DNA of 63,695 bases, the filler included, from Choristocarpus tenellus KU-1152 (taxonomy: Eukaryota; Protista; Phaeophyceae): the NCBI GenBank assembly GCA_964200185.2. It is 6 parts of 6 records of this genome, joined end to end, with 100 filler letters (N's around TTAATTAATTAA, not from the genome) between each part and the next. Parts side by side here need not be neighbours in the genome. Positions count along the whole stretch, not along the records: positions 1 to 28,289 come from CAXNAD020000128.1; 5 more parts are not named here. One strand, given 5' to 3'. Positions within the stretch are counted from its first letter, which is position 1, and the number at the start of each line of letters is the position of its first letter. The position numbers were made by a program, and so were the translations under genes. The notes under the pieces are model-generated. The model did not search any database, was not told the DNA's origin, and saw nothing but the letters and a program-made list of their open reading frames with translations. This document shows positions 11,085-25,000 of the stretch, piece after piece.

Positions 11085-14000
11085 CTACTTCGTAATTTGT
11101 CCAAATTGAAAGTCTTCCTTTGTGTGATCCCCCACCAACAAACATCACACCAAAAGAGTGAACTTTGTACACGCGCGATCCGACCCCTGACTGCGCGAGC
11201 TTATACCCAACTCCAACTTCACATCACTAAATCCTAAAAAAAATATTTCTCCATCTCTTTTTCAATATCCTTAATATGTCCTTGTCACTCAATGATTACA
11301 CACTATTTCGCATTACGTAACGGGTTCGAGACCCTTCAGTGCCAAAAAGGACTATTAAACAATATCTGGTTTCGAAGATGCTTTATATGTGTCAAGCAGA
11401 ATCGATCGTACACCTCTTCTATCGTATACCACAAAATTCTCCTGACCAAGATCAAGGTAGAAAGAAGTTAGGGGGAGGTCGAGAAGAAGATTCAAGGGAT
11501 GACACGGAGCAATGAACGGTGGGAGTGCTGAACCCAACACACGAGAAGCAAGGCAGGAGCGGAGGTGATACAATTTGTAGTGCAACAGTAGTTAGTAGGA
11601 GTAGTGTAGTGTGTAGTCCCTCAGATTACCATTCACGATTACCAACGACTAACAATGCAACACAGTATGTAAGAATACCTACTGCATAGTAATAGTAGTA
11701 CTATGAATGTACATTGTGTGCTTCGTACTTCGTACTCTGGTAACAATACGCATACCTGCACATTTGACGGTACAACCTTGTTTAATCAAAAATTGGAGTT
11801 ATAAACGTATGAACAAAACCCAACCAATCGTTTCAGAATACGCAGCTCCCACACACTAATACAAGACCACTTGTCACTCGCCGTAGAACTCATCTGATTC
11901 AAAACCAAAATAGTACCGAACCTTTAATCTCACTCTTCCTTGCTGACTCATCCCATTCCATTACAACAAGGGTTATACCTACCTCTACTACGCGTTTGCC
12001 ATGGTTGACTCAGGTACAACACCCTATGATTGAAGTAATAACATAGAAATAGAGGAGTTTTGTGTTGATCCTCTATTTTGTGACTCCATGAAGATGCAGA
12101 ACCTACATCTGGATCGGCTACCCACTTCTAGTTTTGGTTTTCATTTATGAAGGGGGGCTCAAAGGAATCTTCTCTCTACTTCCACAATGTTGCTTCAATC
12201 TATCGCTTTTGCGAAATGATGCTGACTGTATAGAGCAACTCACCATCAGTATCTTTTGGATGGTATCTTTTCAGGAGGCACTGATCATCCATTACCCTGT
12301 GGATGGGTGTAGAGTGCAATATGTTGACGCCAGGCATGCAGTGACATCAAGCTGGAGGGCACGTGTGTCAGGAAATGCCTATGGACAGGAAATATGAAGT
12401 AATATCTACAGGCCGATGGGCACCCCTTGCATTGTATTCATTGATCAAAATGTCTACGTGGATGCAATATTCCATGCTGGGGCACTGCTCAATGCACTCA
12501 CTGCTCCCTACCGGGAAAAGAGCCTCCTCCTGAACGTGGCTTTCACAGAGGTCTAAGCTACCTGTCACCAGAAATCACCCTCATCAAAAATGGCAATGCT
12601 CCTGCTGCAGCTGAAGTCTGCAAGTCCACCCTTTCCAAGGATATTTGATACTCGTAGTTTTAACAACAAACACCTTCGTAGTAGAAAACTCCAGATGATT
12701 GGGACGTAGAGCGATTTATGGAAGAATTAGTGACTCAAGTGGTTGATGTTAGGGGAGCTGGGGCATTCAGCAGGAAGAGAACGGTGAAGTCGAGCCTGTG
12801 ACAGATTCTTGTTCATAACAGTAGCACAAGTGGGCTTATACAGGCGCTCCATGAGCTTTACGGTGTAGACATTCGGCGGGTGGGTGAGGTGGAGCCTGAC
12901 CAATTCCTCCTTACCCCCTTCCCTTCTACACCACCATCATAGAACCAGTAGAGCAGTAGAATCAGTTGTGCATATCAGTTATGTTTTTTGTTTTCAGATA
13001 TAATACAACTGTTATTAAATGCTCGAGTACATTGCAAGACATTTTTATCTTGTTTTATATGCATTACTCTGGAGTAGTACACAGCTCTTCGCGTGTAGGA
13101 ACGTCTATATCACCAGCAATACAGACTGTGGATTCGTTATGTTCAGTTGTAAGTTGCTCTTCCTCCGCATGGTGACATCTGTGAAATGGTGGTGGACATG
13201 AGTCTAGATGGCAGAGCAACATACTGATACTATGGCTCATGATGTCCATATCAAAAATGTATAATACTACTCATAGTATTGGGACATTATCAGCTATATA
13301 GTACTGATATGATGACCAGATAATGAAATTCTTCATGTCTTTCTCGACTGCCCTCCATGATTTGCTTAGGCAGGAGAAGCTTCACAACTGTTGCATATAG
13401 TATCATGTACATGATTCTTGTATCAACATGTAGTAGAACTGGCTGTTGGTTAGTAGTTTGTAATGTGTCTGTTTTGTTTTCAAGTGTGCTTCTGTTCCTG
13501 TTCTATATTAGAAAGTCTTTATTGTAACCATGAGGCTATTGTGCTACCGTGTTATCTGCCTTGTGTGTTCTCTTTTTTTTAAATGCCATCGACAAAAATT
13601 AAAAAAATAAAAGTACGAAAGTAAATTGGTTAAAATATGCCACTGTATGGTATGCTACTAGAGGGTGCTTTCCTGTGTTACTTACGCAAACCACAGGAAA
13701 TGGACCTGTACTATATTAGAAACCAAATAAGGATCCAAAACTGGAAAGCATATGACCCTATACGTAGGATCTTTTCTTACAGAGTTGATAGTACATCCTC
13801 CAATCATCTGAACAAGTATGATGGACGTATAACTGCCAAGCTGCTGTGTGGATACATTCTTTAGTAGATCCTTTGTAAATACCAATATTTCCTCAGATAC
13901 ATCACCAAGTTTGGGGTTGCACAATCCTAGCCCAGTAGTCTGCTCCCCTCAAGCTAGATTACTTCGTCCCCTGAAATCAGGGACAAGGGCACATTCAACC

Positions 14001-15795
14001 AGCCCACTCAGTAAAACAGGTAAGGACTCCTCCGTTTCAGGCATTTTCTCAATATAGCGGAAAGAATGAAAAGGCTTGCATAGCTGATGCATAAAAGGAG
14101 GACAAGGTCCATGAACCTCAGTATGGTGGGACTTCCCCTGCAAGTCAGTACTTGAGTATTCAGCATTCCACTACAATTATAACCAGAAAAATACTGTGAA
14201 GGTGAGGTCTAGAGGGAGCCACAAATTACTTCCCAGACAAAATCGGGAACGGCACATGAAAACTATACATTCTCAGAGAAGCCAATGCTCACTACTCCAG
14301 AATAAAATAAATACACGGTAGAAAAAAAGGGGGAGGCAGGCAGACAGGGCAAAATAGATACCATAGAAAAAAAATGGTGGGGTGGGGGACGATATAGGGC
14401 AGGCACACTGTAGGTCCAATGCGACATACAGTTGTGTCTTACGCTCTATCCCTCATCCCTCTGCTTCTGCACTATCTCATGAAAATAAAATCAACAAAGG
14501 AAAAATACACAAATAAAACATGTGCTGTGGATAAAGCAGTTAGTGAAGGCATATGCCACTGTGGGACCTGTATGTTTATATATTTTAGAACTGTCTACAG
14601 AACCCCCTGCTTTCGGCAGCAACAAACCAAGACAAACAAGATTGGCAGGACCCATCATCGCCTCTGTTCTTGTCAGCTATTGAGCAGATCGAGGTATATG
14701 GAGCCTTTGGCAATCAATTTTCCTGAGGTGTATTTCGTTGGCAAGTGTTAAATGTGGACGTATAAATGACCCACATAAAATATAATCATGCACATCAACC
14801 CAACCAGAATATCCACAAAATATGAGTATGTATATCAAGTAATCTGCCTCTGAGTGACAAGTTCTACGCATCACAAGGTCAAGGCCACTAGAGCCCTAGG
14901 TGTAACACACTCCCAATGTATTGAATGCTTAATGTCTATGGTTCAGTCATAGAGCACTTGTCTGTACTTGCTGGAACAGTGCCAGACCCCTTGGGTTTGC
15001 CAGTTGATCTCAGGGGTTATAGCATCATCAAGTCCTAAATAAACTTGACATTCTGCTTACACATCTGGTCTAAAATTCGATCTGTAGAGTGTGTCTGCTG
15101 CCTCTTCGGGAGGGCCAGTATATCACCCCCCCCCCCCTATGACAAATGTCAGCACTTCAAAGTAACTGCCAAAGATTCAAGTGAACTCTCACACACTGAA
15201 AGCTTGCCTACCATAACTCTAAACAGTTGAACAACCAAAACAGGAGTTCAATAGGCACACAGGGTATACACATTATTAATTAAAATGGAAATTGAGATAT
15301 ACCACTGCACAAGAGTTATTCCATAGTATAGAAATGGGGATACTAGAAAGGGATGCACAGCAAGTTTCTTCATATGAACAGCCGTATCACATGTGCAAAG
15401 CTGTCCCAATCTGTGGCGCCACAGAGCACACTACAGCATGATGTAGTAATATTAATAGTTGTGCAACAGATTCACAGTGGCTATATATGTTAGCAAAGGC
15501 TGCTCACTCTTTGCAATCCTATGCATAAAAATAACAGTAACATACACACACATTACTGCAACAGCTCTGTGATGGTGAGAAGGAAAATAGTGCAGCAGGC
15601 TTTGTCACATAATACTTGTACAAGTGCATCAACAGATTGGGCAGATATTTAGGGCAAGAGATTGGGGCACTATCCTTTTAGCTCAGCAGGTATTGTGTGT
15701 TCGGTTCTCACTCTCTCTCTCTCACACACACACACACATACACAACATATATATTTCCCCTTGCCCAAAACAGTATCACAGGGAGCTCTTTGTGA

Positions 15796-15927
15796 CTAAT
15801 TTGCAGTGGCGGTCTTGATAGCACTTTCCTCATTGAGCAGGTCAGGATACCACTCCAATAGGCATTGCTGCAGCTCTTCAACTGCCCGATCAAGGTCATC
15901 ATTCACGACAACAAAATCAAAGGCTCC
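15796..15927 (-). CDS. Terminal exon of a guanylate kinase (upstream exons not found in window)
   Basis: Polypyrimidine tract + CAG| acceptor, then GAFDFVVVNDDLDRAVEELQQCLLEWYPDL...stop, matching the guanylate kinase C-terminal FDxxxVNDDLDxAxxEL motif. Confidence 0.75.
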   Translation of the reverse strand, partial: GAFDFVVVNDDLDRAVEELQQCLLEWYPDLLNEESAIKTATAN

Positions 15928-17741
15928 CTGCGCAAGAAAGAGGAGAGGAAGCCATAAGAACACACAACAGGAACGGGCTGACACCATCCCTACCAAAGGT
16001 TGGAAAGGGGTGTGCACACGCGGCACACCCTCCCCTCTGCCGGGTAAACCTTTCCCCACCATATTCCTGCAGTCCAATAGCTCATGAACTGCATATGGGA
16101 AGGTACCCACAACTGTAACATCTCTTTCAAAAAATCATTGCTCACGGGGGATATGCAGTCTAGTCTGCACCCTAATTTGACAGTCCTAAAATAATAGAAA
16201 AAAAAATTGCAGTAACTTATCCAAGAACGTGGGGTGCAAAAGGCATGTATGAGTACCTCTCAGACTTGGGACCATGAGTTTGAAATATTGTTCAAGCCAC
16301 AACCTCAGAGAGAATGCCAGCACTGTTCTGAAAAAACAAGGAAGCAGTCACAAGTGATCGTGTAGGACATTCAAGTACTCCTCTCCTCCAGAAAGCTCAA
16401 AAAAAGTGATGCCCTTGCAATGAACCTACAACAATTGCATGAGAACAAAAAACCTTCTGTTCTCCTGCACCCCCCCCCCCCCAGCTGCCAGAAATAGGTT
16501 GGAGTTATGGTATATTCCCTGCACGAGGGACCTCGATGACATAGGTACAGTGGAGCCTTTGCACCATTTGTAATTATGCAAACCTCTCTTTATGCTAGCA
16601 TCGAGTGCATTGAAAGCTTTTAGAGTCAACTTAGTTCAAACTCACAAAAGCTTTCCATTCACAACACTGCACACAATCATATTGGTGTCAACAGGGCTTA
16701 TTCAGTTCCAAGATGTGTAATTTTTGGTTGAATCCCCAACACGCATTGCTTACATCAGTGTATAGTATCTTCAAAAGGTCATAACGGCCTTACAGGTCTT
16801 CTCCTGATTTGCCACACGCCGTGTCTACATGGGGGCTACTTTCACATATCAAGTACAAAATACACAATACAAGTCAAATGCTGGGCAGCAGGATGAGATC
16901 CATCACACACTGCATCATCACACACTGCATCAATACCAGCGTAGAGAAAAGCTCACAAAACCAAACCTCTCAGATCACACTTCAGAGCATTTCAGAACCC
17001 CTAACCCAAATCATGTCTAGCATTCGCTCTAACTTGCTACAGATGAAATCGCAGCAAACAATCTGGTATAGCAGCCAGCAGGACACACCCTCTGCAATGC
17101 GTGGTGATATTGCTGTGATGCACACACTCACACACCGTGTTATCTTGTAGATAATAAAGAAGAGCGGCTGGGTAACACAGAACAGACACTGACTGTATGA
17201 GGGCAGAGGTACAGGCCGCGGTGTGCTGAAACATTTATCACATAGCTTGGGTCTCAACATCCTGCAATATTTTTTGAGCTAGTGCCTAAAGCTCGAGAGT
17301 GAGCATGCCACCATCCTGACCCTCAGGACACAGTCATGGATATGGTAGCGGGCTAGTCATCACAAACAGTCTCGTCTCTCTTATACCCAAAGATCTTGAA
17401 ACCTCAGAAACTGCTTTTCTTAACAGAGGAGGTAAGATAGGCAGGTGAAACCTACTTGACTCCACTCAAAACTGTACCTTTCTAAGGGCACCACACTTTC
17501 GGCTACATACCTTTCCATGTCAAAAAAATATTCTTCTTAAAAGCAAAGGGAGATGGGATGTTAACAAGGATAGGCTTTTACACCAATAGCGGAAAGAATT
17601 CCATGAACACAAAGGCCCTGAAAAACAACAAAAAAGAGCAGACACAGTCACACTACTACTCTTGAAGGCTTGTATTCCACACATCACTCCCCCAACAGAA
17701 CCATCTTTGTACTGATTGTCTCAGAGATCACTTCCACTCAC

Positions 17742-20209
17742 CTCCTCCCCCACCCTGATGCCTTCCTCGTTCCCAACGCTGCTGCCATGGACCCAAGGGG
17801 GGGTTCTGGCCTTTCTGCAAACCATACCAGGGCGGCACGTGGTAGGGTCTTGGCCCAGTCACAGGGGGGTCCTTCTCCTGTACCAATGCCACCTCTACCA
17901 CCTTGAGTGGGTTCCGCCTCATGCAGTAGGGTATTGAGGAAGATATTGTCTGTGGGTGTTCATGCGAAGGGGGAGGCTGTTAGCTGTTATGAATTATGGT
18001 TGGGGGGAGATGAAGAAGGTGACAGCTATGTGCTGTATGGTGACCGCTTTCACTCACAGTGAATCTTGGCGTGAAGGGTGTCTCTATGGCGGTTACAGTT
18101 GTTATATGCTCCGTCTCTCAGCTGCATACCCATGTAGTTCATGCAACCTACCCACCACTACATCAGTTTAGCAACTTAGTCCACTCTTGTGCGACCATCT
18201 TCCCATACACACAAGACATCGAATGAAAACAACACCACACCAAAAGACTTCATAGATCACTCTACCCCACACACCCCAAACTGTGCTAACAGGGCTTACC
18301 AGCAGACCCATTGAGTTGCAGGGGACTGTACATCTGTGTCCCAAGAAGTGTGATCAGTAGATTCACCCCACACAGGTGCAGGTCGTAGTGGCTTGCTTGC
18401 ACCTTCTCCACCCCACACAAAGACACAAGTGTAGAGAGCAGCACAAGAATCGTATCTCTCCCCCCCCTCCCTTCCCCGCTCTCCATTGCAGGTACTACAG
18501 GCTGGACAATATCACCTTTGTTTCCACCCTTGTCATGCTCCTTCTCTGCTCCCTCATGGCCCACTGCATTGTGAGTAACACATTGCTGCAGCAGTTTTAT
18601 TGTCCCCCCACCACTGTCTGTTGCAACTGTTGCTTTGCTCCCCCTGTGGGCAAAAAACTGTGTCCGTAGCTGGGTGGCATTGAGAACAGAAATCATGTAG
18701 GATGCAAAGACACGCGTCACATGTAATGCTGCCAGTGCAGCTTGGACACCCACATCGATTTGTACCTCTGGGCAATGTCCTCCATGGATGCCTTGATCCC
18801 CCCCAGTATTTTTTCTGCAAGTTTTTACCCCTGCTTGATCCATACCTACACCTCCAGTGTACCCATCTCTTCTGGCTGTCCTTGTGCTTTTGTCCATTGA
18901 GGAAATGGGTGTTGCACTGAGGACCTGAGAGGGTCAGGACTGAATGAACTTCATGAACATATACAACTTGCCACTTGTCTTAGAAAATCAGTCGTCACAT
19001 ATTGGCTCAACTGTCTACCTACTGACCATTACACACGGAGTGGATGAGCATGTGAGCAGTACCAACTCTAATTGCTTTCCAAGAAACACTTCTCTGAGAC
19101 CATCCCAACACAAAAAGAAGCACTCTTATGGGTTGTACTCAAATGTCGAACTGCAGTAAGGTCATCTCATACCACAGGTTGCCTAATATCCTGAACATTT
19201 AAAATCACAGAAAACTGCATTGCAACAATCCGTGGGCAAGGAAACTTGTAGCTTGAAAAGAACTGAGAATAACATCAATTTCCTCATTGACCAGTACAAA
19301 TGTGTTGTTTGGAACCAGTGAGAGTCAGTGGCGTTCCTGTCAAAATGCTTCAGCAAATACATTACTCGTTCACATTGGTTAGATAATGCAATTTCGGCAT
19401 CTTCAATTAATACTCATGTTCGAGTACACTTGCTAGCTTGGGAGCTTGGATAGACGTATGGGCAGAACAAAAAAACTGCGAGGATTGTCATACTGCCTTG
19501 GAAAGCAGGTTTCATTCCAACGCGCTATTTCTTGCGTAGTTTAAGTCCGAGTCATCGATTACGCGAAATTCTAAGTACTCCATACATGAACGCGCGTACG
19601 TTCAGGTTGGATACATTGAAAAGCTGAAAAATCTAGCAACGCCTTTCGTAATCTCTCAAAGCTGGTTTTGGTATACCTTGCGGATGGTGGTCGATGCTAA
19701 GGCAACGAGGATGGGGAAGTTACCGGTCCTTGGGTTATTTTTCACCATCCGCTCAGCGAATATCGCCATCTTGGGGCTTGATAGAGTCCACTCGAGTACA
19801 CGATCCCCGCAGTCAAGCAGCAAAGCCCACCTTCGCCAATTTTTCAAGATCTAGAGTGAGATCAGATGTCATCACGGAGAGGAGATGCCTTGCCCAACCA
19901 GTAGTGGCTATGTGTGCGGCACGTCTGGGGCACCATATATGACAGCATTGGTAGCTACCATTAACTGGCAGTTTCGTCAAAACTATCAACCACAGGTATA
20001 CCCATACTAACGATACCTCTCTCCCTTTGTTTGCACAACCTAGCTTGTAGATTATCCCAAGAAACCATCCTTCAGCAACGTGTACTCAGCAGCTTTACGT
20101 TCAAAGGATTAGGCTCAGAGGACCATGGAACAACGAAATCTTACCTTGGGTCTTCATTGGTGAGGGAGGCATCACTCGATAGGGCATCAAGGAGTCGAGC
20201 CACCTCCAT
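17742..20209 (-). CDS. DYM: Dymeclin, N-terminal part; exons ~20209-20144, ~19831-19677, ~18925-18300, 17949-17742
   Basis: Spliced translation gives motifs of the dymeclin family: SLTNEDPRWALLL, MVKNNPRTGNF, ALHVTRVFASYMISVLNATQLRTQFF, YDLHLCGVNLLITLLGTQMY and DNIFLNTLL. GT-AG junctions are frame-consistent. The true start may lie further upstream, and no C-terminal half was found. Confidence 0.85.
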
Positions 20210-20835
20210 TTTATTTTGCTGGGGCTTGAAAACCTGGTGGACAGATCTAAACGAGCGTCCCACCCTTCAAGAATAATATATATTTCAGCGAAGTTTTCGA
20301 AGACCTGACCTATCCAGCTATTGATGGGCGAACGTCTTTTGGTAGAGAGGTGAAGGTGAGGAAGAGCTGTATAGAGGTAGAATAAGAAGAACAGTGGTAA
20401 ATACTACTTCTATCACAACCTAAGATCTCCATAAGGAACGACGTATGACGTATGAAAGTTGGAAACAAGTTTGCAGAAGGCTCACGTATGATACGTCCAT
20501 ACAAATGAAGTGGTTATGAAAAGCCTTTTGAGTTTTGTTCCTTATTCAAAGTCTTTATTATTATTTTTCGGTATATTGATGCCAACTGTGGGTGCATATA
20601 TAGCATTCCTACCAAGCTTGTTCTTCCTACATATATATATGGGTGTGAGACGGAACTATTGTTGGAACCTGAGATTGTACGAATCATGTTCTATTGTAGA
20701 TTAACAAGTTGGTTACAGTTAAAAGGCGCCATAGTGCAGCGAAGCACTGGTGAGGTCGTTAATGAACCTTGTGACATGCTTTGCACAATCAGAGGTTATC
20801 TGGTACAGCGATGTTGGGTATTCCTTGGTACATTC

Positions 20836-21181
20836 AAAGGAAGAGATTCATGCTCTGTGTAGAGCCTTGCCACTTGTGAAGAAGGCTATTTTGGATGTTT
20901 TAACTCTGGATATATTGCATCCAGTTGTGTGTCATGTACACTTAGTAGTGCAGAGAGAGTTTGTTTGGTGTCGAAGTGGGGTAAGTCGAAACAGGAAAAT
21001 ATAATAATAAAGGAAGATATTCATGCTCTCTCTGTGTAGAGCCTTGCCACTTGTGAAGAAGGTTATTGTGGATGTTTTAATTCTGAATATATAGCATCCT
21101 GTTGTCTATCAGATACATTTAGTAGTGTAGAGAGAGTTTGGTGTCTAAGTAGGGTAAGTCGAAACAGGAAAATGTAATAAA
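20836..21181. repeat. Diverged tandem duplication, ~173-bp unit x2
   Basis: AAAGGAAGA.ATTCATGCTC...GTGTAGAGCCTTGCCACTTGTGAAGAAGG...GGGTAAGTCGAAACAGGAAAAT occurs twice. Confidence 0.85.
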
Positions 21182-21249
21182 CAATATATGAGATACAACT
21201 GGTGGTTCTGTTGTGAAGATAAAAAAACAAAGAACAAACCTCTTCATAC

Positions 21250-21715
21250 TATGCCCTCTGAAATTTTGCACATGTGTCAGGAGAAAAACCAATGAAAACC
21301 ATTTACATGTAGTAAAAACCTTTACACAAGTAACAGTTGTCATAAATGTGAAAGATATTAACCTATTTACTATTTTACTATCAACTATGTTGTATCACGC
21401 ACTGACTGTGCCTCCAACCTAGCTTAGTCCTGCAACCCAGGGTGAGGAGCCAGGGAAGCATCCCAAGAATCTAACAAACCCCTCCTTGCCCATCTCGCTG
21501 ATGTCTCCAGCTTAAAACGCATGACAAGTCTAGATAGGGCTAACTGCGTTGAAACTAAGACTATCTGTCGTAGACAGGATTTGACAGCTCCTCTTCTGTT
21601 ACAGCCTCCTGTCCCTCTCCCCCCTACCGCGTGCGTATCTTGCTCATCCAGAAAACTTCCCGCTTGCTTACCAAGGCACCCAAAACTTTACAACGCGAAG
21701 AAGGTGTTGAGGTGA
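21250..21715 (-). mobile_element. 5'-truncated, decayed non-LTR retrotransposon 3' end (CRE/R2-like), same family as 32900-33365
   Basis: The reverse complement aligns by eye with 32900-33365 (GTCATGCGTTTTAAGCTG..., TTGTTAGATTCTT.GGATGCTTCCCT, CTAGGTTGGAGGCA, tail CAGAGGGCATA). Confidence 0.6.
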
Positions 21716-22028
21716 TATCTACGAGGGTCAAAAGATCGCTCGTAGTGGGTCCATAATATGGTCTTTCCTCTTTACTATTTTGTATTAGTATGTTTTGTTG
21801 TATTCCTCACTCATTTTTCTTGTTTTTTGTAGAGGAGCATCCTATTTTAAAAAACATGTCGATACACTGTACGACCATATTCTCAATATTTATTGTAGTG
21901 TGTATTGTACAGTACACCCCGAGGGGAAATATACATACCACCAATAGCATGACGCGACGCACGAAGTCCACCTTCCACCTTGTCTTTCTCACAAACCCAC
22001 TTTTGTTGATCCATTAGTTTATCGAAGT

Positions 22029-25000
22029 ATGGTTGAGAAGAAGGGGAGCAATGCTCCCTCATCACCAGCGGCCGGAAAAGTGGTTTTTACCCCTCTATAT
22101 GGTTGCGAAGAGGGTGCAAGTGGTGTGGGTCCCGTATCCTCTCTCCTAGAGGTGAATCTTTCTTTCCGCCCTAAGGCAACGAATTGAGTTGAAAGGGGTC
22201 ACTGGAACCGACGAAATGAAGGAACCAGAGAGTCGATTGCCACCCCTTTCACTCCATGTAGGTTGTCTCTCCGGCGAATCTGTGACAGATTCCAGTCCTT
22301 ATTTTCTCAACTTCAAGCACATGCACGACAAAGTTTTGAATTGAATATGCTGGAATCCCCATCGTTCATGGCGTGATCTTCAAAAACGGAATGGGAACCT
22401 CATCTATACTACTACCCAGGTTGCTAATACGCCATGGATGATTTCTATAGGCTAGGTTCAACCCTGCGTTAATGCTCGACTTGCCAACTATGGCAAGCTT
22501 CATCTAGGGAGCAGTCTCTGAACACAGGTAGATGAACCATGTTCTTTGTGCTTTTCTGTGTTTTTCTTCTCACCCCAGGTGGGGGGAGTAACCATACTCC
22601 TGGACTGCGGCTGGAACATCCACTTTGATACAGCATTACTTGAGCCACTGCTTACAGTGGTGAACCGAATTGACCTGGTGCTCATATCACACCCAGATCT
22701 CGAGCACCTGGGGGTAAGCCAACACCGCTGTCACGTCACGGACAGTGAAGTCAGAGTCAGCAGCAGGGGAGGGAGACTCACTCGAATCTCGTCTTGTTAA
22801 CTGCAGGGATGCTATTTGTGGAATTAGTTTAGTCTAAAAAAGACCCATTTGCGCAATGGATCATTTTCTGTGCTTTTTGTTGGATTAGTGTGAGTTTTGG
22901 TCCAGCGAAATTTCCTTGGATCAAGTTCGGAGATGATACCTTTCACTCTGGTTTCGGCTCTTCGTGCAACGTTTACCTATTGACTGTGAACCCTTGGGTA
23001 TCTGTTGGAGAGTGGCTAGCCTTTTGTATAACGTAAGTACTATTGACACACTTGTGCGACAACTGTCGACTATCATCCTCCGATTGTAAGGTTCGCAGGT
23101 TTACTCGGTCTTAGTTAAACCGGAAGAAGTTGGTTATTTGGCCATTACTCCTTTCGTCCTAGCTCTCACCCACTGGTATCCTAGTATCTTGCTTGAACCT
23201 TTGTACCTGGTGGAAATTCTGGTACCAACACATTCCAACAGATTTGGCGAATTCCCCCAAAACCAAGTGCAATGCTCACTACCATGTAATGTGCAATGTT
23301 TGGGCAACGTGCACCACACTAAGATGATGCTTTCATTCTGAGTAGTATTCTGTTAAGTAGTAAAGACATTACAAAGATGATCAACATTGCAAGTGACCGT
23401 CCCCCCCCCCCAGCCCCCACTCATATCGCACTGCCCTCATTTCTTCCTTTTCCCTGGGTGTCCAGGGCTTACCTTATGCAATCGGGAAGCTGGGCTTAAG
23501 AGCTCCAGTATTTGCCACCCTCCCAGTGGTGAAGATGGGGCAGATGGTAGTGTACGATGCCTATCTAACACGCTCTCATGAGGTGAGGATATTGCCTGAT
23601 TGATGAAAATACGACATTAAAGAGGACTGCTAATTTAACAGGAGTTGTGGGATATCTTTACTACTGTCACTACAACAAGCAAATTTTTGTTCTGCATGTC
23701 AGCATGTTCGTTGGCCTTAGAGATCATGTGGAGGCGTTTGACCGTTGATGGCAATAATGGTGAATGTGTAGTGGAGATGGTGCATCGTTGGCATGGTTAC
23801 TGTGCTCATTGATTGACCCTTTGTGTACTCCTTTGAGAAGGATGATTTGCATTTGATGCGAACTTCAAAAATTTCAGATGTTGGCTATGGCACGTGCCTA
23901 GTAGGAAGGATGCTGTCCATTGTCCGGACTCGGCTCAAGGACATAACTCAAGCGCATGGTACCCCTGGCTACAAAGTCATCTCTGTCCATGTGCTTCAAA
24001 AATTGGTACCTTTCCACCAGGGGAAGAAGAGTACAACATGGAGGCCTACATTTGCAAGTAGACAATGCATTGGACTGAGCAAACTGTTGTTGGTGTTGAG
24101 GCATAGTACAAAGATGCATTTTGTCGCAACTGTTGTGCAACTTGGAAGGTGGGAAGCATGAGGCCTAGCATAATCGTGGTGATAATGCACGCCTTCTGTG
24201 TGGGGTGTGTATTATCGTGGCAAGGTAAGTGTTCGGTACGAGTGGCAATAGCATTGGCAGGGGTTGAGGATGTTGCAGGTTAAAAATGATGCGTCCTTCC
24301 TATTGGCTCTGTTGTTTTATTTTTATTTGTTTAGGTTGATCTTGATGCACTTTTGCATGTAAAAGTGGAGTGTAGTTCTGCTGTGTTACCAATTAACACC
24401 ATTCAGAACATGAAATTAGTAAGTAGGCACAACAATCGATCTCGGAAACTAATTTTCAAAGGTACTCTTAAAACTCTTATCATTTTAGCAAATGTGCCAG
24501 ATTGCCGCGCTCGCTAAAGCATCTCAAGAGCATGTTCTTAGGCTCTATTTGCAACAACGGTGACGATGATCATTAATTAGCCCCTTAAACAAAGAGTCGC
24601 CTCAGTAGTAGGGCAGGGATGAAGTCATATTGTAGACATAGGTGTCAATTCATACGCCTTAGCGATCTGCTTTTGCCTATTATCAGATTGTATCAACTAC
24701 TGTATGAAAGGCCTCGCCGTTTTGACCAGCGCTAGTGTTGTGCTTGACGGATTGTGGCATTGATATTTCCTACAGGGCGTACTCTTCACGAGGAGTCTGA
24801 TGGCGACCACCCTCCTCTCTGATTTGTCCTGTGAGAGGATATATTTTTAGCAATTTGTATACATGCTGACAATTGTTGTGAGTGGTGTTGATCATTCTTT
24901 CTCTTATTCCTACTTTCCCCATACTTGAGAGGAGCTCTGTGAGAGCAGGGTCGTTATATTCCTTAGCTTATATGGGCTTAATGCCGTACATGACCATTTT

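Noticed and set aside
11284-11344. tRNA-like 3' end GGGTTCGAGACCCTTCAGTGCCA
   Set aside because: Only a T-arm-like stem; no D arm, anticodon arm or properly spaced acceptor stem. At most a tRNA or SINE remnant.
12134-12930. Coding-like decayed segment
   Set aside because: No recognisable motif; not the dymeclin C-terminus or guanylate kinase.
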